Assembly (NCBI RefSeq): GCF_964204645.1
Contig: NC_134034.1
Location: forward strand, 9,188,962 to 9,252,961
Reading direction: 5' to 3'
DNA length: 64,000 bases
DNA from: Tubulanus polymorphus
Lineage: Eukaryota; Animalia; Nemertea
The translations under genes and the position numbers were made by a program. Positions 51,900 through 63,496 of this stretch are shown piece after piece; positions within the stretch are counted from its first letter, which is position 1, and each line of letters opens with the position of its first letter. The notes under the pieces are model-generated. The model saw only the letters and a list, made by a program, of their open reading frames with translations, did no database searches and was not told the DNA's origin.

Positions 51900-53365
51900 T
51901 TATGGATACATTACCTCAACATAGAACATGCAATGAGTGAATTGGATCTTCCAAATACCATCAGTTATCCATAATCTTCCACAACCTATAAATGATACAG
52001 CCAATTTGGCCAAAGGGACATAGATATAAACAATGTGACATACTGTGGCTTGTGAATATGAATCAACAAGGCTTACCTCGAGCTTTACAATCAGCATTAC
52101 AATCAATTTTAGAATGTGGATAGTGGGCTGTTTGACGTTTTTCCTCAATCTTGATCATACCTTCTCGATCAGAATCATGGCAAAAACTAAAACTTAAGTC
52201 GCCAGAGTCTCGAAGTTCAGATTCTAGTTCTCCCCACCAAAAACAGTCAGCCCATGTTCTTCTATCTATTTCTGGAAAAAAAACATAATAACACTTAGGC
52301 TTACTATGGCTCAGTAGGCATGCAAGAATTTCATACCAGGCCAAAAAATACACACAAAAGAATGAGAGAGCAAATATTTACCGTCATTCTCTGATAAATC
52401 CCATGCATCATTCCAACTTTCTGCAAAACCTTGGAATGAAACCCAAGAATGTTGTCTAGAAGGAAGAAAAGTATGGTTCATAAATATTTTGCACAAGTCC
52501 ACCAGTTCATGATAATAATTATCTATTTTCTTGACATAGCACAATGTCTAAACAGTAATCTCTGCGCTTTACATAAGAATAAATTTGTAATCATGCAGTT
52601 ATGTAGTGAAATACTCAACATTAAGATTACAAATATTGCCAATAATCATCTAAAATATGTACTGATACTGTAATACTTACGCAAATGCCCACTGCATGTT
52701 GAACACTGCTCTGTCGAATATGATCTTATCCGACGCTACAATGGCATCTCTTGCTTTTTTATAAAATCTATAGCCAGTGCTCATATTACCATATTTGTCA
52801 AATAAATAGTTGATTCCACATGATTTACAACGTAGATCGATCTGAAAGGTAAAACTTGCATACATAGCAAGAGTCATGCTATCATGACAGGGCACAGTCA
52901 AAGGACTTTTAAATAGAATTTGGCATACCTTAAACTTCCATTGAATTTTGAAGGTCACATACTTCACACTTATCGGCTTGTTGTGAATATGCAAGGATCT
53001 ATTACATATGAAACATTGTCCTAAAATCATAAAAGAATATTATTGCCATTTTTTGACATATACTGACAGTGAAACCAATATATCAAACTATTGGTGCAAT
53101 GTTTACCTGATGGTGGTCCAAGTACGTTTAGGGAATGTGATGATTCACACTCTCGTGGGAATTGCTCTAATACCTTTATAGGCACTACAAGGTTCTCATC
53201 ATAAATGTTTTCCAGCAACGATTTTGTGACTGATTGAGGGAGAGCCGACTGAATGCTGTGCAATATCTTTAAATCCTGCATCACAGTTTGGTAGCCATAT
53301 TTTAACACAGCGTGCTCTATTGTCTTTGCTTCCAACAACTTCAACTCTCTAATGAGATTAGAGAC
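51900..53365 (-). pseudogene. Probable KDZ-transposon-associated CxC5/CxC6-like Cys-rich protein fragment
   Basis: QCFICNRSL...LRCKSCGINYLFDKYG..YRFY; VSFQGFAESWN; TDGIWKIQFTHCM; intron-like breaks. Confidence 0.4.
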
Positions 53366-54345
53366 CTATAATAAAAAATAAAATCATTCAAAATTTAAAC
53401 AAATATAATTTATCCAAAGGTTAATTAAACAGGAGTAGATTTATTTTTCTTGGACAGGTGTCTCATTGAGATACTGATATCACAACACTTAGTATCACAA
53501 ATTCTTTTCCTGTATCTCAAATTTGTGGGGGGGGTTGTATGGGGGTACCCCTTGGATCGTTTTAGTTATCTTTTTTTATGCAGTCCAAATAAATCATTGT
53601 TTTTATATCAACTTTACACTGTTTAGCTCATTTGAATCAGAGAAAAGACAGGGGCAGATCCAGACGGGGCGTACGCGGCACGACCACCCCCCCCCCCCCT
53701 ATTTTTTGCCGAGCAAAGAATTTTTTCAAGCCACTTTATATACTACATATATGAAAAAAACGCAGAATGTTGTTAAAAAATCCTCTTGGTGACAGTCCTT
53801 CGTAATCTATGCGTTGAACATAAGATGAATTGTAGAAATGTGGGATAAAATAAAGTTAAAACTATAATTATTTCGTTGATTGCTAATCTTATTGAAAAAA
53901 ATTGAACATATTTTCTTTTCTATCATATCGTATTAGTATTAAGACACATTTTACGTATGTGTTCAAAACATTAAGCAAAATATCCCAAAAAGAACGGGGC
54001 GGATCTAGGGGTGAATAATGGGGTACCCCCTCTAAAACCATCCGAAAATTTCTAAAAGGGCTTGTTTCGTGTAAATAGTCCATCTCTATAATCATTGCGG
54101 CAGTTTGGCAGACATTGGTGCTGTAGTTCATGCTTGACTCGGGTGAGGAATCGTAAATTATAGGAAAATAGTAAATTATAGGAAAATAGTAAATTATAAT
54201 GACAAATGACAATGTTCGCGGAGCTCCGTCGTATACTGCGTGTACTTTAGAGATAGTGGAAGTGATATGTACGACCATTGACATTTAACGTTCTCAGTAA
54301 AGGATTTTTTTATCGTTTTATTCATAGAAGTGTAATTAATAGGCT

Positions 54346-54623
54346 GTGGTTATTTTGCCGGATCCGGTCTCCGACTTCTGAACGATATTTTGCCGGAAAA
54401 TTCAAGGAAAGTGTGGAGAACAGAGGGCGAGAAAATAGAGCGGATAGAGCGAGACTCGAACCCGGGCCAGTAAATTGACACTAACCCTATCCTATCGAAA
54501 CCCTAACCCTAAACCCAATATAATGATTTTATTGTTACTTTTATTAATTTATATTATACGTAATGTATGTATCCGGCTAAATATCTTTTATAAGTCGGTA
54601 ACCGGATCCGGTAAAATAACCAC
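54346..54623. mobile_element. MITE carrying a tRNA-like B-box fragment and TTAGGG-like repeats
   Basis: 23-bp TIR GTGGTTATTTT(G/A)CCGGATCCGGT; internal minus-strand GGGTTCGAGTCTCG and CCCTAA-like units. Confidence 0.6.
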
Positions 54624-54969
54624 TCTAACGAAAGAATATACTATACCTTTGACTCTTGTACAAGTTCCAATTCGACGGTATCTGCTAAAGACAGTTTTAG
54701 CCTTTTTGGTCGCGGCATTTTCCGTGAGCAGCTTTTATTAAATTCAATGATTTATAACAGATTTCAAAATGTGGCGATTTGTTGACTTGTGGCGTTTCCG
54801 GTGGATGAGATGAACGCCCGCGGAGTACTCGGTGCCGCATCTAGTTCCATACACAAATGTGTTGACTTGTGTCACCACAATTTGTTCCGCGATGTACCTT
54901 GTACCCTAAATGTTGCCTCAAATGTCGCGTCAACACGGATATAGTGTTCTACCAATCGTGAATAACTTT

Positions 54970-55562
54970 TATTGTATGTTCAATAGAATTATCATGTTTA
55001 ATTTTATCTTTAGGTAATACAACAACATTACACTTTTCACATATATTTCTTTCTACATTATCCAAATGTATTTGAGTTAATTTATGCTTTGAAAAATTAC
55101 TACGACTTATATATTTATCACATCACAATATTCATCTTCTTTAACATTATCATTATCAATTTCACTATCATTATTAAATTCGTTTATAGTCGTATTCTTA
55201 TTTTTCTTATCCTGGAGTGAATTAAGATGAGTTGCCCAATTCGTATAACTTTTATACTGTTTACATACGTCACAATATTTTTCATTTGTCTTTTTGGTTT
55301 TGATATCAGGTTCAATCTTATCATCATTCGATGTAGAAGGTATAACATAATCTTCTATTTTAGATTCAATATTATCTTCTATTTTAGGTTCAATATTATC
55401 TCCTATTTTTGTTTCAATATTATTATCTATTTTACTTATTCTATATTTGAATTGATTAAAGTATTCTCCAAAATACTTACTGTATTCATCATAAGGTATT
55501 ATATAATATATATCTGGTATCATTTCACTTGGACTTTGTATTTCATATATTCCTCCTTCCAT
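54970..55562 (-). pseudogene. PLV multi-C2H2 zinc-finger protein
   Basis: YCDVCKQYKSYTNWATHLNS and further C..C..H..H units beyond a frameshift; short IE.KIED repeats. Confidence 0.55.
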
Positions 55563-55594
55563 TTATTATAAAAATTTTTATTAAAATTAAAATT

Positions 55595-56848
55595 CTAATA
55601 CATAACACTATTCAATTGAGAATTTACAATATTTAATTGCGCGTCAGATATGATGTAAATGTGCATTTTAAAATTTAAGCTTCCTTTTTTCTTTTTCATG
55701 AATAATTATATTCCATCTTTAGTGTTCTCTAGTTTTTTCCCAGAACCATGTAATAAGTTATCCTCTGTTGTTTTAAAATCTAACCATAATGCATATTTAT
55801 TACCGGTATAATAATCAATTTGATTAATATTACAATTTTCAGATGATTTTACTTTTTCATTCATAAAATGTTTTCTAATTTCTGGCCACTGATCTATCAT
55901 TCTCATTCCTTGACAAAATATTTTATTTGCTATGCCTTCGATGGTTATATCTACTTTTGTTATTTCAGGATTATAATACTTATCAACCTGTATTGCACCA
56001 TTAGAATATGTTGCAATGGTAAAAAATATTAATATACCTTTAATAGATCTTCTTGGGAAGTTAATATTCTCATTAATTATTTCATCATGTGCATTAATAG
56101 TTACAGTTTTAAATTTATCAATATAATCATATAATTATGAAAATCCTTGATTGTATTGAGTTTGAATTATACTTGAAATATTTTCATCAGTTACTGTATC
56201 ATATTCTAAACATATATTCGATAATTTATAACCCATATCTTAAATTATATTTGATATTAAAATTTCATTAGCAGGACCAAATGTTATCTCAAATATAATA
56301 TCTTCTTGAATTGTGCATTTATATAAAGGTGCATTTTTATTTATCAATTCAAAATCTAATGGAATTTTATATTTGCTTCCATTAATCTTTTCGATCAAAT
56401 TATCTACGTCATTAGTTACTACTGCATTATTAGCTTCTGATCTTAATTTATTTTGGTTTTCTGATTGGATGCCTTGAAATATCATATTATTTCTATTTCC
56501 TTTTGTTAACCATAAATCTTTGTAATGCATAAATAAATTATAATCATCTAATGAGAAAACTGTTTCTGGCCCAATCTTTATAGTTAATTTTTTAATCAAA
56601 TATCTTCCAACATTATCAACAACATTATTATTATTATTATTATTACCAGTTACATTTATATCAGCTGATAAATAAATACTATTTGGAACATAAAAAGTAT
56701 TTTGTGTTAATCTAGGGATTCTAACATATAAAGTTTCATCAGGATTAATATAAGAAGGGTTATGAGTAATTATATGATGAGATCTTTCTGCTTTAATAGC
56801 GTTAGATATTCTAGGATTCTTAGAAGGATTTACATAACTCCAACTCAT
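55595..56848 (-). pseudogene. Major capsid protein (double jelly-roll), ~415 codons, frameshift near 56240
   Basis: THNPSYINPDETLYVRIPRL, NVGRYLIKKLTIKIG, YKDLW, YKIPLDFELI, KYALWLDF..LHGSG and C-terminal HIYIISDAQLNI; size and context fit a PLV MCP. Confidence 0.65.
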
Positions 56849-56868
56849 TTATTTAACAAAAAAATTAA

Positions 56869-58562
56869 TTATCTATTTTTCATCATATTCACTAGCCCAA
56901 AAATAATAGCACTTACAACTGTAATTAAAAATAAAATAATATGTTCAGCAGCAAAGTTAAGAATATTCCCAGCAGATTTCAATATAAAACCAACAATTGA
57001 TGCAATAACTCCGGGTAAAGCTGCAGCAGATTTTTTAGATAGTTCCCATAATCATTTTGCTAATTTTTTTAAACCATCCTTAACTTTATCTTCTATAGAA
57101 TTATTATCATTTGGGGGTTTATCCGGTTTATTGGAAGTAGAAGTAGATTTCAATGAATTTGATATAGCTAAACCAATTGTTGTGAAAACCATAGTTACAG
57201 CTGATAGAATTGAAAGAATTGTTATTCCTTCTAATTTATATAATAATTTTTTTCTGTCTTTCAATGATATTTTAGAATCTGTTTTTATTATTAAATCTTT
57301 AAAAATAACTTTTAATTTTTTAATATGATTAAGATCATATGATTTTAATAATATATCTCTTCCTTTTTCCTGAAATTCTTTGTTATATTTTAAATCATCT
57401 ATTTCTTTTTCTAAAGCTAACTTTCTGCATTCATTATCAACTTCATCAATTACTTGAAGATCTCTATTTAATTCTAATTGTTTTAATTCTTCATTTGCAT
57501 TAGTTAATTCTTTTTCTAACATGGTTATTTTAGAAAATCTCATCTTAATATTAGCAATTTCACCAGCTGATTCTTGCATACCTTTAATTTCTCTACGTGC
57601 TTGTTCAGGAAATATGTTCAATTGTTCTTCATTTAAATCAAGTAATCCTTTTTCTAGTAAAGATTGTATTCGATTTATTCCAGTTTCAGCACCGGGTGTA
57701 TCTAAAACACTATTCATCTCTTCTTCAAATGAGTGAACTGTATCTAACATGCTATCAAAATGTTTTACTAATTGTAATTGACTTGAATCATTATCAATTT
57801 GTTGAATATCTCTTCTCGATGTTTCTGGTGTTGAAGATCTTAATATATCTAATCGATCTGCAAAATCTTCATCATTTTCTGGGTCAACAAAAGTAGGTTT
57901 TGGATTTGGATTTTTAAATGGTGAATAATTGTTAATATCAATATTCGGAATCGGTTCATCTTCATTTATTCTATCGAGTGCATATAATTCTGCTAATTTC
58001 TAAACCACCTTTTGAACGTTCAATTGTAGATCTTGCTCGCATTCCAGGTTCATACATATTTTCTTGTCCCATTCTAGATAATTGAATTGTTACAGTTTTC
58101 CTATTTAATTCAAGATTATAATACCATGCATCCTTTTTAAATTCTAAATTATTCATGAAATGTGGATCATCTTTTAAAATTTGCATTACCTTCTGTATCA
58201 ATTTCATCTATTACAACTTTTGGTAATAATTGGTTAACAATTGTTTCTGTTACTCTAGATTTCATTTAATATAATTCCATGGGTTTATCAGGATATTCTT
58301 CTTGTTGTTTTTCTAATAGATTCATTAATTCTTTTCTTTCTGTTATAGTTGTAATTCTACCAATTTTAGGAGCTTCTAAATATTTATTTAATTTTTCAGG
58401 TACCTCGGCATTAATTCCATCATAATCATCATCATTATTTAAATTAGAATTAAATGCTAATCCATCATCAATACTGATACTAGTATCAGGAAAATCAAGT
58501 TGCGGTTCATCACTTATACGGGGGGAGTCACCAACAGTATCCAATGGAATTTCTTTATCCAT
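56869..58562 (-). pseudogene. Large coiled-coil protein with C-terminal membrane segments
   Basis: TAAATG at 58562; ORF pieces 58266-58562, 57971-58207, 57052-57750; tail ALPGVIASIVGFILKSAG..EHIILFLITVVSAIIFGLV. Confidence 0.55.
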
Positions 58563-59889
58563 TTATATAATAGAAAATTAAATATAATATTCCTCCTATT
58601 ACAATTCCTATACAAGTAATAGCTAATTTAGTATTTTCATTTGATTTATTATCATTATCAGTTTTAATTATGTCATGTTGAATAATATCAGTTTTTATAT
58701 TTTCTGATGTATTGTAATCTTTTATTTTAGAATCATTATTTAATTTAATATTCTTAGTTTTAGTTTCTGTTGATTGAATATGTTTTTTATTTTTTTCACC
58801 TTCCATTAATTTTGGAGCAGTGAAAATCTTTTTATTTATATCATACGATCCAAACTTATTATTTATTGTTGCAGTTTTTATCAAATTATTATAACCAATT
58901 ATATTTCCCATTTTTAATACTAAATCATTAGAAATAATTAATAGATTAGGGCCTATACAATAATTTAATCTAATATGTGATTTATCTAAATAATTTTGAT
59001 ATCTTACAATGTTTTCTGGAATCGATCTATTTTTATCATTGTGAATGGAATCTTCAAATAAAACTTTGAATTGTTTCTGCGCGTCAAATGAAGTGTTATC
59101 ATTTCCAACTATTGGTGATCTTGTTTCAACTTGCGCACCTAGAATACATATCAAATGAGGTCTAATTGATTGATTTATTCTTTGTATGCCTGATTTTGTA
59201 AAACCTTCACTATTTTCTAAAATAAAATTAATCCAACCATTATTGTTTTGTTGTTGTATATTATTATAATATTTTGGTAATTCATTCCAATTTAGTGTTC
59301 TTATATCTGTATTTGTCATTATTTTTCCAAATTCGTTAGTATATAATATTCCTAATCCACCCATTGTACCAATTTTTGCTCTAAAATCATTATTTGAATT
59401 AATATTAAATTCATTACATATTTCATAAAACTTCGAAAAATTAATATTATTATTTAGTTCATTAAAACATTTTGAACCTGGTAAAGGACATTCTAATTCA
59501 TCTTATATTAATTTTATTTGAAAATAAGTATGAAATCTAAAAAGTGATAACATCAATGGTAAACTTGGTTTATTTAAATGATCATTCCAACTTATACCAC
59601 ACCCTGTTGTTGCACAATAAACTGCAAAATTTAATTGGTTCTGCCAATATTTCATATTGGATTTAAATAACCATTGTTTTGCCTCATTTAAATTTTTAAA
59701 ATTAATTACGTAAACATTGAATATATTTTCCATCTTTACATTGAAATTATTAGTTTCAGTAACATAAATTTCTTAATTAGTTAATGAATTTAAAACTAAA
59801 TTTGTATATGTAATATTTTTGTTAAAATCTATTGCAGGAATCTTATATTTAATTGATCTATTATATTGGAAAGCTTTTGGAAACCCCAT
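58555..59889 (-). pseudogene. Conserved PLV protein with C-terminal TM anchor
   Basis: TAAATG at 59889; YWQNQLNFAVYCATTGCGISW; RINQSIR..ILGAQ; tail ITCIGIVIGGILYLIFY. Confidence 0.6.
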
Positions 59890-59905
59890 TTATATAATTA
59901 AAAAA

Positions 59906-60340
59906 TTAATTATTTATTAATTCTTTTAATAATTTATCTTGTTCTTCAACTGTTATATTACCATTTAAACTTATTATATAATCAAGTGTATTTTTTAATT
60001 TATTAATTTCTTTTATATTAGTTTTCATTTTTTCTTTATTACTTTTTATATTTAATTTTGAACTTATACCAGTTAAAACACTTGATGATAATCCTAGCAC
60101 CCCAATTGATATAGCTAAAGGTGTTAATGGACTGAATATTGGTAGAAATGTTATTACAGAACTAATTGTAACTGAACCACTGATAATAAAATAATATATA
60201 ATTTTACTTTTAAAATATTTTTTCTTTTTTATCTTTAAGTCACTTTCAAATTCTAATATTTGTTTTTCTAAATATGTTTTTAATTTAGTTTTATTTATAT
60301 CATGAGGAATAATATCAATATTATCAACTTTATCATCCAT
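59906..60340 (-). CDS. PLV small two-TM coiled-coil protein
   Basis: Intact 144 aa; homolog of 38206-38640. Confidence 0.7.
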   Translation of the reverse strand: MDDKVDNIDIIPHDINKTKLKTYLEKQILEFESDLKIKKKKYFKSKIIYYFIISGSVTISSVITFLPIFSPLTPLAISIGVLGLSSSVLTGISSKLNIKSNKEKMKTNIKEINKLKNTLDYIISLNGNITVEEQDKLLKELINN

Positions 60341-60356
60341 TTATTTAGAAAAGAAA

Positions 60357-60782
60357 TTACGAATTAGTAAATTTATATGCTACAAATATAACAATAACTG
60401 TTCCGCCTAAAATCCAAATTATTTCATATTTCTGTTGTTCTTTACTTGGGGTATAATAATCTGATAATTTAGGTTTGTATAGATGTAATTTTTCTTCATT
60501 GGTTACCGCGTTAGATAAACTCATTGCATCATCAACTGATTGAAAATCTCTATGTGAAATCTTCTGATGATATAATTCTTTGTTAATATAATCCATGTAA
60601 TTTTGTCTCTTTTCTCTATATTCTTCTGCTGCTTTATTATATTTTTCTAATGCTAAGTTATGTCTTTTTTGTTCTGATAATGACCCATTTTTATCAATAT
60701 GCTTAAATAAATAACCACCACCAGTAAATGCTAAAGCGTTGACAATTGCCGATCCTATTATAGTTATTATTGCAGATACCAT
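60357..60782 (-). CDS. PLV membrane protein (N- and C-terminal hydrophobic helices, central coiled coil)
   Basis: Intact 141 aa; TAAATG start. Confidence 0.7.
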   Translation of the reverse strand: MVSAIITIIGSAIVNALAFTGGGYLFKHIDKNGSLSEQKRHNLALEKYNKAAEEYREKRQNYMDYINKELYHQKISHRDFQSVDDAMSLSNAVTNEEKLHLYKPKLSDYYTPSKEQQKYEIIWILGGTVIVIFVAYKFTNS

Positions 60783-60806
60783 TTATTTAGTAAAATAATT
60801 ACGCAT

Positions 60807-61028
60807 TTATATAGGAGGAATATATTTTTGTTTTTCCAAATAATCAATAGTTAAATTAGATAAAGTTACTGCTAACGTTAATTTTAAAATATCATTTATA
60901 TCAAATCTATCAACATTAACGCTTCCCATTTTAAATACTTTTTTTAATACCATTGAATAACCAACAGTTCCGACTGATTATAATGCTCCATTATTTAATC
61001 CAGTTATTATCCACTTATTATCACTCAT
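60807..61028 (-). pseudogene. PLV small hydrophobic protein, internal stop
   Basis: Homolog of 39090-39311 with a TTA-to-TAA change near 60980. Confidence 0.6.
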
Positions 61029-61058
61029 TTATTTATCAAAAAAATTACTATCTTCAAA

Positions 61059-61370
61059 TTATTTAGTTATCTTAGTTATAATTATTCCAACATTTATTTC
61101 GTTACTACTTTTATGATTATCATATATTTTAGATAATATATCTTTAATATCATCGATAATTCGATCTTGATTTAATCCATAATATTCTAAAGGCGTTTTA
61201 ATTAAATCAATTACTTTTTCTGTATTATAATTTTCTTTATTAATCATTGATACATTATTAAATGATTTACGTTTAATATCGGTAATTACATCATTTAGTT
61301 TAATTCTCATTTCTTTACCATGTTTAAAATCAAATCCAAAACATATACTCGACCCAACAGTTATATTCAT
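61059..61370 (-). CDS. PLV hypothetical protein (103 aa)
   Basis: TAAATG start; homolog in segment A. Confidence 0.6.
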   Translation of the reverse strand: MNITVGSSICFGFDFKHGKEMRIKLNDVITDIKRKSFNNVSMINKENYNTEKVIDLIKTPLEYYGLNQDRIIDDIKDILSKIYDNHKSSNEINVGIIITKITK

Positions 61371-61386
61371 TTATATAGTAAAAAAA

Positions 61387-62144
61387 TTACTCTCTACACT
61401 TTGTAACTAATTTATATATCACAGGAAAGTTATTCAAATCAATTAAATATCCATTATGATTTCTAATTTCTAATCTAAAATTATCAAATTTAGGAATGCA
61501 TGGTTTGAAATCACATTCTGTTAAATTATAATTTATTTGCGTTCCAAATTCTTTAACCTTCTTCAATGGTAAAATGTTTAATAAACCAGAATCACAAGTT
61601 ATATCTTTAGTTGCTTCGAATGTTTTTGTAGGATCGATTAAATTGCAATAAATATAAAAGTGTGTAAAAGGTATTAAGTTTGGTGTAGCTTCAATATTTG
61701 TTAAAGATTTATCTGGAGGAATTCCTAACAGTTTAGCTATAGGTTTTTTACCATAAATTTATGTTTTTCAATATCAGCCAACATTATCTTTATTTTGTTA
61801 GAACTCTCACTTTTTAAAAATCTAATATTAAACCCGGAATTATTACCTGACTTGTGCCAGGCTTTTCTATTAATTTCTTGTGCCAATGTATCTAAATTAT
61901 ATAACCCTGGTTTTAAATATATATAGGCCCATTCATTTTTATTTTTATTAAAAATTAAAAAGGCTCTATGTTCAACAGTTTTATTCGATATATTGTAAAA
62001 TGAGTTACATAAACTTACATTTACTAATTTTAAATCAACACAATTCTTAAATTCTCTATCTAATTGTACTAGTAAATTATGTGATTTATAATTTGTAAGT
62101 CTTCTTGAATCAAAAAATATTCTATATTCTTTTAATTCTACCAT
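61387..62144 (-). pseudogene. Minor capsid protein, second copy, frameshifted near 61740
   Basis: Homologous to 39688-40446 over its full length. Confidence 0.7.
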
Positions 62145-62161
62145 TTATTTTACATATTTTC

Positions 62162-62516
62162 TTATTCGACATCTATTTCATGGTGCCCTTTTTTATTCTT
62201 ACCTGTGTATATGAAATAGAAATCACCTGAACATAATTCTTCTGAATCTTCACTTGATAATCTATGAAATCTATCTGGTAAATATGTTCTGAATTTATAT
62301 TTATTTCCTTTTAATCCTTCATATTCTAACTGGATAACTAATTTACTACCATATCTATTAGTAACTGTATCAATATTTGCAATTAGATATTTCTTATGAA
62401 TTGTTAATTCTGTTAACTTCTTAAATTTATAATCTACTGATTTATCATTTGTAGTATATTTTTATTCTATCTAGAAATGATCTGTTGTTCTCACTGTGTA
62501 CTTGTTTATTCTCCAT
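62162..62516 (-). pseudogene. Small beta-rich protein, possibly OB-fold/SSB-like
   Basis: TAAATG at 62516; after a frameshift FKKLTELTIHKKYLI..VTNRYGSKLVIQL...TYLPDRF...FYFIYTG. Confidence 0.35.
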
Positions 62517-62628
62517 TTATAATACATATTTTAATTAAAATTGATTTTAGAAGTTATGAGATTAATATTTTTAGAGTAATAGGAAATAAGTTGTTAAAGG
62601 TTGAGAGGGATTCATAATATGAATATAA

Positions 62629-63243
62629 TACCCTCTCTGTCTTTATTGACTTTAGTAGTTTTAGTACTTTTAGTACATAAAGAATAAATCTTTATATTAT
62701 CAATACTTTAAAAATAAAATAGAACTACTAAACTCCTAAAGAGATAAAGACATAAATATATATATTACTGTTTCAATAATAATATTTATTCATCTGATGG
62801 ATTTTATATTACTGTTCCAATAATAATATTTATTTATCACACATATTTATTATATATTACTGTTTCAATAATGATTAATATCATAGATTTATCATGTATA
62901 AAAATTATTTATATATTTATGTTTCTAAGTACTAATAAAATAAAGATATATTCTTTATGTACTAAAAGTACTAAAGATAATAAAGACATAACAAACACAC
63001 ATAGATTTATCATATATATTTGATTCAGTAATAAATATCATAGATTTATTTATCTCACAGATTTATTATATATATTTGATTCAGTAATGATAAATCTATA
63101 TGTGTTTGTTGTGACTCTATTGTTTTTATTGTCTTTAGTAGTTTAGTAGTTTTAAACATAATTTTATTCAGTACTGATAAAATAAAGATTCTTTATTCTT
63201 TGTGTACTAAAAGTACTAAAGATAATAAAGACACAAGGAGGTA
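62629..63243. repeat. AT-rich nested inverted-repeat region
   Basis: ~130-bp imperfect inverted arms (62629-62760 vs 63100-63243), a third partial copy at 62930-62990, and inner hairpins. Confidence 0.75.
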
Positions 63244-63496
63244 TTAATTTGAAATAGTTTCTATAATATTTCAAATTTTATTTTATAAATTTATATTCAT
63301 AGGGAAATTGAAGCCTCAGAAGTAATTTTGAACCTTTATTATTCTTTAATTTATTCATATATTCATCATGTAATTCAGTAGGTATAATTTGATTTTCTTC
63401 CAATGTTTGTTGCATAGATTTTCTATCTTTGTTATAAAATAAAACTAAAAATCTCATAATATATTAATATCATCACTCATTTATTTTAGTTAATTT

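Noticed and set aside
53520-54060. hAT-type MITE ends (CAGGGGCAGATCCAG, GGGGCGGATCTAG)
   Set aside because: Could not be paired into an element with matching TIRs and a TSD.
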